Assembly: GCA_041743505.1 (NCBI GenBank) | Contig: JBGTMQ010000003.1 | Coordinates: forward strand, 25,148-89,147 | Reading direction: 5' to 3' | Length of the DNA: 64,000 nucleotides | Source of the DNA: Candidatus Saccharimonadia bacterium | GTDB taxonomy: Bacteria > Patescibacteriota > Saccharimonadia > UBA4664 | Shown here: positions 1-14,000 of the stretch, piece after piece | Numbering within the stretch: the stretch's first letter is position 1 | How the letters are laid out: each line of letters opens with the position of its first letter | Notes under the pieces: model-generated | What the model was told of the DNA's origin: nothing | The model's input: the letters and a program-made list of their open reading frames with translations, nothing else | Database searches by the model: none | Made by a program: the position numbers and the translations under genes

Positions 1-754
1 CAGTGTTCAAACCAATCAACGATGGCACAGTAACGCTCCCAAGCATCGATGTCAGCTCACCAAGCATGCCGTTAGACTTCGCCGGGGCATTATCAGGATG
101 GTGCTTGGTAGCAGAAGGAGTCGCCGCAGCCAAGTCCGCCGGCTGCGTTACTGCCGCTGTGATAACTGGCTGAATTGGCAATGGCTTGGACTGATAGTAC
201 ACCACCGGCGCTGGCTCTGCAGCGCTTGCCGCAGGCTCAGTGCGAGAAGACTCTGCAGCTACAACAGTCTCTTTTATCTCTGGAACGCTAGATGCCGGGA
301 CCTGCTTAACTACATTACTCGTAGTACTCAGCTGGTCACGCAACCGCTCTGGAATCACAGTCGTGGCTGGCTTCGTTAGTAGTACGGGCGGCGCCACCAC
401 TGAATCAGCATTTATAATTGCGGGGGTCACAGGGTCTGTAGCAGCCGCCGCAGAAGCACTCTCGACCTCATTCTTGGCAGCTTCGGACGCCACCAATGCC
501 GGCTGTGTTTCTACCTTTTTAGAGTCGGCTTTATCACCTGCATCGGTACTAGTTTTGGTGGTGCTCGTAGATACTATCGCCGTAGTTTTAACCGTTTCAG
601 CTTGGGTTGCGGAAGATTGACTGGCAATTCCGGTATTGACGACAGAAGATGATTCCGCAGCTAAAGCTGCATTACTCAACGACAAAGCCACAGACGCAGA
701 AGCGACCAGGCCAAAAGCAAATTTGATTACATTGGGTATATTCCCAAGCTTCAT
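1..754 (-). CDS. Secreted Ala/Thr/Ser/Pro-rich protein (3'-partial, runs off the window edge)
   Basis: Not in ORF track. ATG at 754 after AGGAGAGGGG; MKLGNIPNVIKFAFGLVASASVALSLSNAALA-AE looks like a signal peptide; frame open to position 1. Confidence 0.75.
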   Translation of the reverse strand, partial: MKLGNIPNVIKFAFGLVASASVALSLSNAALAAESSSVVNTGIASQSSATQAETVKTTAIVSTSTTKTSTDAGDKADSKKVETQPALVASEAAKNEVESASAAAATDPVTPAIINADSVVAPPVLLTKPATTVIPERLRDQLSTTSNVVKQVPASSVPEIKETVVAAESSRTEPAASAAEPAPVVYYQSKPLPIQPVITAAVTQPADLAAATPSATKHHPDNAPAKSNGMLGELTSMLGSVTVPSLIGLNT

Positions 755-947
755 CGCGATCGCTAACCCCTCTCCTGTAAATCCTTATTGGATAACAGAG
801 ACATACGTAGAATAGCCTTTTGGATTCATTGCCAACATTGGTGGTTGTCACCAAAAAATTGCCAAAAATAACTTATTTTATAGTAATTTTGCACATACAA
901 TGCGTCGAGAAATATGTCACTTTTTTATTGTCGCACTGTATGATAAA

Positions 948-3476
948 CTACAGCGCTTCTGACGGTTCAGAAATCTCACCTTCAAGTTGTGCTTCACCCA
1001 CTAAAGCAACCGATGCCACTTTGTCACCGTCAGCCAGCTTCATAATCCGCACACCCTGAGTGGCCCGGCCAATCAACGAAATACCTGCCAACGCTAACCG
1101 GATCACCTGCCCTTGCGTCGATACGATCACCAAGTCATCACGCGCATCCGTAATCGCACGAACATCAACCGTTTTTCCGGTCTTTGCCGTCACCACCCCA
1201 GCCTTAATACCAACACCTCCGCGCGCATGCGTAGCAAATTGATCAACCTTGGTACGCTTGCCGTAACCATTCTCCATCACTACCAACAGCTCCATACCAG
1301 GCCGTACTACATCCATGCCGACCACCCGGTCGCCAGATCGCAAGCGAATACCACGCACGCCTCGGGTCGCCCGGCCCATCGGCCGCACCTCGCCCTCCTT
1401 GAACCGGATTGCCTGTGCGAGTGCCGTCGAGATGATAATCTCATCCTTGCCACTTGTCAGCTTGACCCATCCAAGCTCATCACCATTATCCAGCTTAATG
1501 GCAATGAGACCATTGGCTCGCACGTTAGCGTAATCACTCAAAGCCGTCTTCTTGACCGTACCCTGCCGGGTAGTCATAAACAAATAGTCATGAGTAGTTG
1601 CCGCATCAAACGTTACCAGCGAAGTAACGGATTCCTCAGGGGCCAATTGCAGCAAATTCGGCACTGCTTGACCCTTAGCCGTCCGGGAGGCCGCTGGAAT
1701 CTCGTACACCTTCAGACGAAACACCCTACCCTTGTTCGTAAATAACAGCATGTAGTCATGATTCTGGGTCAGCACCAAATGCTGCACCACATCCTCTTCC
1801 TTTGTCGCCATCCCCATGATCCCCTTGCCACCACGACCCTGACTCTTATATGTATTGGCCGGAATGCGTTTAATGTATCCGCCTGCGGTCAGCGTTACAA
1901 TTACCTGCTCGTTGGGCACCAATTCTTCTTCGCTAAACTTTCCAACCTCACTACCAATAATCTGTGTCCGTCTCTCATCGCCATACTTGGCCTTCAGCTC
2001 TTCCAGTTCTTCACGAATAACCCGCAGAATCTCGCTTTCGCTCGATAGAATCTTCTCAAGCTCCGCAATCAGCTTGTTGAGTTCGGCCAGCTCATTCTCG
2101 ATGGCGGCTCGCTCCAACCCGGTCAATCGTCGCAACTGCATGGCCAAAATAGCCTTGGATTGGATCTCAGACAAGCCAAACTTGGCCATCAAGTTATTTG
2201 CGGCTTCTTCGCTGTTCTGCGATGCCCGAATAACCTTAATAACTTCATCAATGTGATCAAGCGCAATCTTATAACCCTCTAAAATATGAGCCCGCTCCTT
2301 AGCCTTGCGTAATTCAAACTCAGTCCGGCGCCGCACCACTATTTGCCGGTGACCCAAGTATTCGCGCAACATCATCTCCAAGCTCAAAACACGCGGCTGG
2401 CGCTGATTATCTACTAGAGCCAGCATATTCACATGGAAAGCCGTCTGCATCGGCGTCAGCTTGTATAGTTGGTTCAGAATCTTCTTCGGGTAACCGTCCC
2501 GCTTAACATCAACCACAATCCGCGTGCCACCACGAGACGACTCATCGCGCAGGTCACTAATACCCATTATTCGCTTGTCTTTAACGAGTTCAGCAATCTT
2601 CTCCACCAAAGTAGCGCGGTTAACCGCAAACGGAATCTCGGTCACTACAATATGAGCATTGCCCTTCTTATCCTCGTCAATCTCAGCCACTGCCCGTACC
2701 ACAATACTTCCCTTACCTGTACCGTATGCCTGACGAATAGAATCAGCGCCAAAAATAATGCCGCCAGTCGGAAAATCAGGGCCCTTTACGTGCTTCATCA
2801 AATCATCAAGCGTAGCTTCAGGGTTATCGATCAGCTCAACTGCAGCATCTACAATCTCGGTTAAGTTGTGCGGCGGGATATTTGTAGCCATACCCACGGC
2901 AATACCCATTTGGCCGTTTAGCAACAAATTGGGTAACTTGGCCGGCAAAACGAATGGTTGTTTGCGCGAACCATCATAGTTGGGCACAAAATCGACCGTG
3001 TCTTTCTCGATATCGAACAACATTTCTTCGGCAATCGATGACATCCGCGCCTCGGTATACCGCATAGCCGCAGCCGAATCTCCATCCATGGAACCAAAGT
3101 TACCCTGACCATCTACTAGCGGATATCGCATGCTCCACTCTTGGGCCATACGCACCATCGAGTCATAAATAGCCGTATCGCCATGCGGGTGGAAGTTACC
3201 CATGACCTCACCAACAACTGCTGCGCTCTTGCGATACTTCGCGTTGTGCCGCAGACCAAGGGTATTCATGACATACAAAATGCGGCGATGAACCGGCTTA
3301 AGACCGTCCCGTACATCTGGCAAGGCCCGCGCAATAATAACCGACATGGCATAAGCCAGATAGCTCGTTTCCATCTCCGACTCAAGCGTTTGCAAACGCA
3401 CTGTACCAATGTCAGTCTTGATTTCTTCGGGCTCTTCGGCCGGATTTTCCAGATTATTGAGCTGTTCTTCGTCCAT
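948..3476 (-). CDS. gyrA: DNA gyrase subunit A
   Basis: [28 protein letters not shown] catalytic Tyr, GyrA box QGRGGKG, C-terminal pinwheel repeats. Confidence 0.98.
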   Translation of the reverse strand: MDEEQLNNLENPAEEPEEIKTDIGTVRLQTLESEMETSYLAYAMSVIIARALPDVRDGLKPVHRRILYVMNTLGLRHNAKYRKSAAVVGEVMGNFHPHGDTAIYDSMVRMAQEWSMRYPLVDGQGNFGSMDGDSAAAMRYTEARMSSIAEEMLFDIEKDTVDFVPNYDGSRKQPFVLPAKLPNLLLNGQMGIAVGMATNIPPHNLTEIVDAAVELIDNPEATLDDLMKHVKGPDFPTGGIIFGADSIRQAYGTGKGSIVVRAVAEIDEDKKGNAHIVVTEIPFAVNRATLVEKIAELVKDKRIMGISDLRDESSRGGTRIVVDVKRDGYPKKILNQLYKLTPMQTAFHVNMLALVDNQRQPRVLSLEMMLREYLGHRQIVVRRRTEFELRKAKERAHILEGYKIALDHIDEVIKVIRASQNSEEAANNLMAKFGLSEIQSKAILAMQLRRLTGLERAAIENELAELNKLIAELEKILSSESEILRVIREELEELKAKYGDERRTQIIGSEVGKFSEEELVPNEQVIVTLTAGGYIKRIPANTYKSQGRGGKGIMGMATKEEDVVQHLVLTQNHDYMLLFTNKGRVFRLKVYEIPAASRTAKGQAVPNLLQLAPEESVTSLVTFDAATTHDYLFMTTRQGTVKKTALSDYANVRANGLIAIKLDNGDELGWVKLTSGKDEIIISTALAQAIRFKEGEVRPMGRATRGVRGIRLRSGDRVVGMDVVRPGMELLVVMENGYGKRTKVDQFATHARGGVGIKAGVVTAKTGKTVDVRAITDARDDLVIVSTQGQVIRLALAGISLIGRATQGVRIMKLADGDKVASVALVGEAQLEGEISEPSEAL

Positions 3477-3497
3477 GTCTAGTTCCTCGGCCTCATC

Positions 3498-5609
<2,112 letters not shown>

Positions 5610-5815
5610 TTACCACCTGTCACATTACTCAACAAAAAGGACCTTGGAGCCCTATTAATTCTATTATAGCGTTTTGGCTTATCTGGAGCAAATAGCCGTA
5701 CAGCAATCCTCGCTAGGGCAATATACCGAACAAAAAGCGTACGGTCAAGCTGTTGAGACAATCCTTATAGAATATTGAATACATATTGGCATAAGCAGTT
5801 TGGCGTTGTACAATT

Positions 5816-7321
5816 ATGCTAATGTTCCATCAAATCGTCTCACAGCTTTCGCTCTCCCCCTCTGCCATATCAATGTTGGCCTTCTACGCCAAGCGGCTCA
5901 AGCAGGAACGCATCACCCGGTTTTTCTCGGCCTTCGCGGCCGTACTCATTGTAGGATTACAGTTTGCCACCATTCTGGCGCCGCCGGCCCCATCAAACGC
6001 CGCTTCACCCGGCGATATTATTTATGGTGGGGTTGTCTCCAAAGCCGACCTGCTCAATAAGTATGACGCCAGCCCGGAGCTTCGAGCCCTTTACGAACGG
6101 TTCGGCATCACCCGCCAGGACATGGTCAATACCACCCAGGGTCAAATTAATAGTCGCGACCGCACCCTAAACTCGCTCGGCCGTGTTCACCACGACGCCA
6201 GCGACCAACCCGTTCCCATTGGCGGCACTACCTATTGGGCCCGGTTCCTCTATAAATTTGATACCGGAGCCAACGTACAACGCGGCTCCACCTACGACGT
6301 CTTAACCGGCACCCGGTCACGCGACGGCGGCTACTTTGCCGTCATGCTGCGCTGCGGCAACCTGGTATTCAAGTCTATCCCGCCCGTACCAACGCCACCA
6401 CCTCCGCCTCCACCACCACCTACACCCAAGCCAACCCCACTCCCGACCCCGGTTCCAACCCCCATACCAGCTAAGCCAACCATGACGTGCACCGGCTTAA
6501 CCGGCAACACGAGAACCGGCCAGGTACCACTCACAGTCGCATTCATTGGCTCCGGAGTAGCCACCAACCAAACCATCACCGAGTACCAATTCAGTTTCGG
6601 CGACGGCAAAACCGCTAACCAGCCCGGCGCTACCATCTCGCATACCTACGAAACCCCCGGCGTCTACATCGCCACTCTCCAAGTAAAAGGCTCAACCGGA
6701 ACCGTATCGGCTCCCAACCCGCTTTGCTCCTACACTATTACCGTAACTCCCCCGCCCGCCGCTTTCCAAAAAGGCAAATCAGCTCTTAACCTTACCCAAA
6801 ACATTGACGCTACCACAGCTCCAGCCCGCGCCGGCGATGTCATCCGCTACATCCTAACCACTAAGAACACCGGCGGTGCCAGCGAACAGTACAGCGTGGT
6901 GGAGCACGTCGAAGACGTTCTCGAATACGCCGAAGTCACCGACCCCAATGGTGGCACGCTAACCAACGGTGTCTTAACCTGGCCCGCAGTAGCTATCCAG
7001 CCCGGCCAAACCCTCACCAAGACATTCACCGTCAAGGTCAAAGACCCGGTCCCTGCTACTCCAGTCGGCGTATCTGATAAGTTCTCCTACGACCTGCGTA
7101 TGGACAATGTTTACGGCAACACCGTCCAAATTAAATTGCAGCCACCACTCCCCAAGCAGGTAGAAGTAGCATCGGCTACCTTACCGCAAACCGGCACCGG
7201 CACCACCACCTTTATCATCTTGCTGGTATCAACCCTGACCATCTTCTTCTACCTGCGCAACCGCCAGCTGAGCACTGAAATCAAGCTCTTACGAGGTGAT
7301 TACCACGGAGGACTATCATAA
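5816..7321 (+). CDS. Surface protein with Pro-rich linker, PKD domain, DUF11-like Ig domain and LPxTG sorting signal
   Basis: N-terminal hydrophobic segment, poly-Pro/PT linker, FSFGDG...HTYETPGVY (PKD), GDVIRY.L...N.G (DUF11-like), LPQTG + TM + RNRQ. Confidence 0.85.
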   Translation: MLMFHQIVSQLSLSPSAISMLAFYAKRLKQERITRFFSAFAAVLIVGLQFATILAPPAPSNAASPGDIIYGGVVSKADLLNKYDASPELRALYERFGITRQDMVNTTQGQINSRDRTLNSLGRVHHDASDQPVPIGGTTYWARFLYKFDTGANVQRGSTYDVLTGTRSRDGGYFAVMLRCGNLVFKSIPPVPTPPPPPPPPPTPKPTPLPTPVPTPIPAKPTMTCTGLTGNTRTGQVPLTVAFIGSGVATNQTITEYQFSFGDGKTANQPGATISHTYETPGVYIATLQVKGSTGTVSAPNPLCSYTITVTPPPAAFQKGKSALNLTQNIDATTAPARAGDVIRYILTTKNTGGASEQYSVVEHVEDVLEYAEVTDPNGGTLTNGVLTWPAVAIQPGQTLTKTFTVKVKDPVPATPVGVSDKFSYDLRMDNVYGNTVQIKLQPPLPKQVEVASATLPQTGTGTTTFIILLVSTLTIFFYLRNRQLSTEIKLLRGDYHGGLS

Positions 7322-7878
7322 TGTCAGTTGAGCATCAACCTAAGCCCGGCCAAAATCACGAACGAGACCACCAGGCCGAGCTCGCATCCATGGCCAAGGA
7401 GCAGCTGGAACGGCAATCCGTTTCACCCGAAGCTGCCGCAGAACATGCCGAGCAACGAGCCGAAGCCGCCCGTGAGGTCATCAACCAGCCCGAACCCGAG
7501 CAGCAAACTCCAGCCCAAGAACAAGAGGCCGCACCGGCACCCACCTTTGCTGCCCGCATCGATCATGCCCTCAATTACTCGCAAACCATGGCCAGCCTCC
7601 AGCGCAAGCTCACCCCGGCCAGCCGCGCCTTCAGCAAAGTAATCCACATCCCGGTCGTGGAAAAGACCAGCGAGGCTCTCGAACAAACGGTCATGCGGCC
7701 GTCGGTCGTAGCAGGAGCCACCTGGAGTGCGTTTATTACCGGCCTTGTTTTCTACGTCGTTGCTCGCCTCTACGGCTGGACATTATCCGGCACCGAAATG
7801 CTAGTAGCCTTAGTAGCCGGAGGCATCCTTGGCATCGCCCTGGAAGGCCTAGCCCGGCTCCTGCGCCGCAAGGCTTAA
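7321..7878 (+). CDS. Hypothetical membrane protein (two C-terminal TM helices)
   Basis: 185-aa ORF coupled to the upstream stop (TAATG), GGAGG RBS. Confidence 0.8.
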   Translation: MSVEHQPKPGQNHERDHQAELASMAKEQLERQSVSPEAAAEHAEQRAEAAREVINQPEPEQQTPAQEQEAAPAPTFAARIDHALNYSQTMASLQRKLTPASRAFSKVIHIPVVEKTSEALEQTVMRPSVVAGATWSAFITGLVFYVVARLYGWTLSGTEMLVALVAGGILGIALEGLARLLRRKA

Positions 7879-7939
7879 TCCAAACAATCTACTCTGGACA
7901 GCCCCAAAAGCTGCCTGACACTCCTGTCCCAGGTATGCC

Positions 7940-8037
7940 TACTGTACTGCGGGCAGTTTTGTTAAACCATGCATTTTACATGGCTTCGCATAGGAACAAT
8001 TCTGCCACCCAAAACCAAAACTGCCCTCAGTACAGTA
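7940..8037. repeat. 98-bp element with inverted-repeat ends, copy A
   Basis: tactgtactgcgggcagttttg ... caaaactgccctcagtacagta; same arms and length as 38706-38803. Confidence 0.75.
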
Positions 8038-8086
8038 CCCCTCACACAGGAGTTACTACCAGCACGAGCGCCGAACTTAACCCAGC

Positions 8087-11000
8087 TTACTCACCAACAA
8101 TCACATCGCCTTTTTCATCAACATAGACCTCACCCTTGGCCAATTTAGGTGGCTTTTGCGTCAAAGTGGAGGCGACAGGCTCCGGCTTAGGTTTACGGTT
8201 AGCAGATGGCAATATCAACTTGCCGGGCAAAGAATCAGATTTTTGCTCTGGCTGCTCCTCGGTCTCCTCAGACTTCTCGGACATCTCAGCATGTTCCGCC
8301 GCCGGCACCGCATGCTCATGATGCTCTTCACGTGGCTCCTGAGGTTTAGAGGGCTTCTTAATATCAGCCAACCGATGACGCCTTGGCTGTTCAGCAGGCC
8401 TCTTTGACTGAGCCTCTTCTGCCTTCACGGGCAGCGTTTCGGCTTCAGGTGCTTCTGTTCTAGACTCATGCTCAGGTACCGGCGCCGGCTCTGGTGCTTC
8501 GGCCAACTTGGCCGCTCTGGCCTTAGCCACATCACTAGCCACCAAGGATTCGGCCTGCGGCAACCCCACGTCTGGTTCAAGGAATGAAACTGACGCAGGA
8601 GCTGGTTCCGGCTCAGGCTTTGGTACTGGCGCTGGCGCCGGCGCCGGCCGTGATTCCAGCTTCGGCTCAGGCCGCGGTTCCGGCTGCGGCTTCATCACCG
8701 GCTTTGACACTGGCGGTACCTGCTTAATTGGCGTCTGAACCGGCTTCACTGGGCTACCTGCCGGTCCCGGCCTGGCGCCTGGCGGCGGTGGCGCGTCAGT
8801 CTTGGCGCTCAAAGCAGCCTGTTTCCGCTCAGCCTCCAGTTCTGCCTCCAGCTCCTGCTGCAACTGGTCACGACGAGGCACAATCGGCTCAAGCGGCATG
8901 ATGACCTTTTGGTGTGTGTGAGTAAATGTGTGTTCCATAGACGGCTGGTCACTCCGGGGAGTCTCATCGTCATCCTCATCAGGCATCTGGTCCTTTGGTA
9001 TCGCCGGCCCAACCCAGTGTCTTGAAGAGTCGTCCGCTTCACCATCGTGACCTTTCTTCGAGTGGGTTGCCTCACCAGAGCCCGCCAATGCCCGGTGCTC
9101 TTTCTCCGGCTTAATGAGAGATTCACTCATCAGCTTATCAATCTCTTGCTCTGCCTGAGCCACCGGATTCTCACTGTGTCCGGACTCATCGGACGCGGGA
9201 GCGGCATTGGACTCAGGCGAAGCCTTTGGTTCGGAGTCCAAAGCCGGCACATAAGGCGATGACGTTAAGGCTTGGGCAGCCTTGCGCTTGGCTGCCGCCT
9301 CCATAACTGCAGCCAACGTCTCCTCAGTGCTACGTACGGCCACCGGAGGCTTTGGTTTGACTACTGGAGGAGGCGGAGTAGCTGGTGCTGGAGGCTCGGC
9401 CGGCTTAGGCGTCGGCAATATTGACTCCGATTTCGGAGCAGCAGATACCACCACTTCTGGTGCTAATACAGGTTTCACCGGAACCGCAGGCTTATCCTCA
9501 AACCCAACCCCTGGCGCTACCAGGTTCTCGGGTACTAGCGTGGTGCCCTCCTCTTCACTAAATTGACTCTTTTCCAGCCTTGGCGGTTCAGGTTCCGGCA
9601 ATACCGGTGCAATCGGAGTCGGCTTAGACTCCGGCATAGGAGCAGGCTCAGGCGCCGGTTCAGGAGCTGGTTTTGATACCGGCTCAGGAGCAGGTTTCAG
9701 TATTGGTTCGAAGGCTGGTTTGGGCAGCTCAACCGGCACCGGCGTGGTCTGCGACTGGCCAATAGGTGGCGCACCAATTGGCGGCGGAGCAATTACCTGG
9801 GCTAGCTCTGCTGAAGTAATATCCGACGACTGCTCGGGCGAAGCCGGCGCCACCGGAGCCGAAACCGGAGCTGAAGCGGGCATCGGCAGCAGAGCCGCGG
9901 GTGGAGAAGCCGGCGCATCAGTAGTCAAAGCAGCCGGACCAATAGGAGTCAATGGTAACGCCTTCTCAGATTTCTGATCCGGAACCAGTGTCGGAAATGG
10001 CTCATCAACTGGCCGCTCAAGTACTGTTTCCAGGCTTGGATCTACAAAATGAATAAGTGATCCTACAGCATCATCATAGCTCTGCTCCGGCTGAGCAACC
10101 GCACTGACCGGTTCAGAAACCACCGCGGTAGGTGCCACAGGTTCAGGCACTGCCGCGAGTACCGGCGTCACCACGGAAGCCGGTTTAGGCCTAAATACAG
10201 GCTCAGAAGCTGCCGGCTGATTAGAGACCATGGGCTCCGAAGCCGGATAAAGCGGCTCAGGCTCAGGTATTGGCAACGAAGACAGTGTGGTCACCGGCGA
10301 TGCTATCGCCTGAGGATCGGTAGGCTGCATCGAGGCCGGGACAGGTAGCGGCGGCTTAGGCTCTTCAATCATAGGCGCTGGCTGAATCAGCGCGGTCGCC
10401 GGAGCAGGAGGCGACACAAGAGTTGGAGCCGGCTGTACCTCTGGAGCCGGCTCTGCTATTACCGGAGTCGGCGTCGGCTCTATGACAGGCAATACCGGTG
10501 GTGGCGGAGGTGGCGCAATAGGCTGGTACACCGACGAAACCGACGCCGGAATTGGCTCCGAAGCAGCTACTGACGCTAGCTCAGCCTCAGACGGAGGGCC
10601 AATAGGAGCCGGCGGCCCGATGGGCGCTACAGGCTCGGGGGCAACATCAGGTACAGAAACCGGAACTGGTAGCGGCAAAGCCGCTTCTTCAGGCTCAGGG
10701 ACCGGCTGGGGTGCGCCCAACAAAGGAATCTCCGCCATCGGATCCATAGCAGGATCATACGGCGGTGGTGGCGGCACCGCCGGTTCTGCAGGCTGCTCAA
10801 CCGGAGCCGGTTGGGCTACCCGCGGTTCCGCACCCGGCGGAATCAGTGGGATATTCAACAGGTCATCGCTGGCACCCGACGATGCCAGCGGCACCGGACC
10901 AGGCCGGCGGCCACCGGTAATATCAGTAATCGATAACCGGTTCTGATCACCAGGAACAGGTGCCGGAGGAGCAGCACTCAGCTCAGGAAGCTCTGGCTCT

Positions 11001-14000
11001 TCAGGAATAATCGGCGAAACCGGCTCCATCAGTTGCCCAGCAGTATTAACGATTGGAGGCACATTATCCGCAGCCGGAATTCCAGGTACACCAGCATCAA
11101 CCGGCGGCGCACCAATAGGTGGCGGCGTATGGGCCAGACCCGTCCCACCCACAGGCGCCGAAGTTAGTGGCAGCGGAATGGGCGGCGCACCAATCGGCGG
11201 GGTTACCGCCGACAACGGATCCAGCGTAGGCGCTGGTAATACCGGCGTAGGCACCTGATTAGACTGTAACGCGGGCATAATCAATTCCGGTGCCGCTTGC
11301 ACCACCGGCGGTAACGGCTCTGGCGTAGGCGCAAGTGCCAGTGGCTGATTAATAGGTGGTGCGCCAATCGGCGGAGGCGTCATCGGTGCGGGCTCAGCAG
11401 CCGCAACCGGCGGCGCAGCAGCCGCCGAAACCAGTGCCGGTTGTAGCTCCGGTGCCGCAAGGACTACCGGCACCGGAGCCGGCTCTGGCGCCGGCACAAT
11501 CACCGTCGGCACAGCCGGTGCTGGCACTGCGACCGGAGCCGGAGCTGGCACAATCGGGGCCGGAACAGGAGGCGGGGGCAGACTCGGTGTCACTCCCGGC
11601 TCTCGGCCGGTCAACCTAGCCGCAATATCCGCCTCCACCACATCCTTAGCATGACCAAACTTAGCCGCGCTCAGCTGCTTAATCGCCAGCCCCAATTCCG
11701 GATTAGCCAAGCCCAGCGGCGCCAGGTTATGCACGGTAAATGGCTGGCTTGGCAGGCCACCGATCATCAACCGCATCGCCGCATGATAGTTCGGGATATT
11801 CACCAGATCCGAAGTATCAAACACCGGAGCAAACTGCTTAACCATAAACTCGGCGTCATCCGGACCCATCCGGTGCGCCACAATCGTGCCAATATTACCA
11901 AATACCGCATCCCGGATCTCAGTCGTCAATTGGCCGATAAACTGGTTTGCTACCACCAGGTTAAGCCGGTACTTTCGCGCCTCACTCAAAATACTGGCAA
12001 ACGAGTCAGTCGAAAAGTTCTGAAACTCATCCACGTACAGGCAAAAATCGTTGCGCTCGCCCTCAGGAAGGTCAGCCCGGCTCATAGCCGCAGCCTGGAG
12101 CTTAATCACAAAGATCATGCCCAAAAGCTGCGAGTTGAGCTCACCAACCTTGCCCTTGCTCAGGTTCACAATCAGGATTTTCTTGTTATCCATGATGTCG
12201 CGCAGGTTAAAGGCGCTGTTGGTCTGGCCCAAAATATTGCGCATCATCTCGTTGTTCTGGAAGGCGCCAAACTTACTCACGAACCAACCCAGCATTTCGC
12301 TCTTGTGATAATCCGAAGTCTGGCCCATTTCCTTGGTCCAGAAATCAATAACTGTCGGGTCCTTCAAATAGCGAAATTTGTGCTTGAGATAATCTGTATC
12401 AGTAAATACTTTAGGAATCTCAATAAACGTCGATCCATGCGGGTCGCTCATCAATGTCAGCGCGGCATTGCGGTACCAATGCTCATAGCGCGGCCCAATT
12501 ATACCGGTATGACCGGGATCGTACAGCTTGTACAGCATCCCGATCGTCTCTTGGATAATAAAGTCTTTTTGCGCTGGATCACTAAATTCAAACAGGTTCA
12601 AACCTAGCGGAAACTCAGTATCAGCCGGATTAAAGTACACTACGTCCTCGGCTCGGTTTTTGGGCACCATAGCCAGCAATTTTTCCGCCGTGTCACCATG
12701 CGGATCTATAAACGCAAAACCGTTGCCGGCCAGCATATCCTGCACCGCCAGGTTCTCCAGCAATGTCGACTTACCAGTCCCGGTCTGACCCAAGATGTAA
12801 GTGTGCCGGCGACGGTCCTCCACACTCAGCCGAATCTCTTTCTTAACCCCACGAAACTCGTTATAACCAAACAGCGCACCTTCAGCAGGCAACTGTGTCG
12901 GGCCATCTATCTGCTTACTCTGCTGACGCTCTACATTGCTAGTCGGTATAAACTGCGAATCCGGCAGATGAAACAACGTCGCCAACTCAACCGAATTCAA
13001 AACACTTGAGCGAAGTTCAGGCGGGAAAAACCGGAAGATAAAAGCCGTAACCAACCCCTGAACATCCACAGCCGGCAAAAATTTAAACCCATTCAAGCCC
13101 GGCCGCTCAAACAGCGCAAAAGCCGTCGCGATATCGCGTAGCAACTGCTGGCTTCGGCTCACGCTCTCTGTCGATACAAGCACCCGCACCAGCACCTCAA
13201 ATCCAGGATGCTTAGTTTTCTCCTCAACCGCTTCAATTGCCCCCAGCTCCAGATTCGACAAACCCGTCGACTGAGGCTGATGACTCTGATCCTCCGACCG
13301 CTGCTGGGTCGGGGACTTGAATGCCGCCTTAGCTATATCCATCGGCGTAATCTGCATATTGCCGGCCCGGCCCTTGCGCAGTTTAGTAGTCAAGGTAGTC
13401 GCAGACTTGACCCAGTTAGTGCTAGCCGGCCGCACCATAATTTGAATCGCCGCGCCATCACCTTTGCCCAGCGTCGACAGAGTAGTAATAATTGCTTCCA
13501 TCGGGTCACGCTCGATCTGCTCGTAGGTCGCCAGCGGATAGGCACTAGCATTTTTGAGCACCATTTCGCCACCCATGGTCGCAGCCAGCCGGCCTTCCTG
13601 GTTGAAGATATTGTGATCCTCAACTTCCTCCATACGGGCACCCGGATAAGCCGTCTGGATAGCTTTTTCAATCGTACTCACCATACCCACAGGCACCGCC
13701 GCATAAAAATGCACCAACCCGTTCGCGGCAATTAACTCCAGCGCAATATGCCGCTGTCCGTAGAACGTACTCTTAAAACCCTCCGTAGCAGTTCCGGCAA
13801 TCAAGTTATATAGCACCTCAGCGTGGCTCGTTTTCTCGCGCATAACCTCGCGTACATCCCGGCTGCCCGCCACCGTATCTTCGCTGGGTGGAGGCAAATG
13901 AATCAACACCGGCACCATCTTGAGACCGCGCTCAATCGCCTTAGCCCGCCGCAGCTTCCGCTGATATGTCCAATACGCCACACCCGCCAAGCCAGCCGCT

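Noticed and set aside
11651-12607. 318-aa + strand ORF and many other antisense ORFs in the track
   Set aside because: Shadow frames opposite well-supported genes; no motifs or RBS
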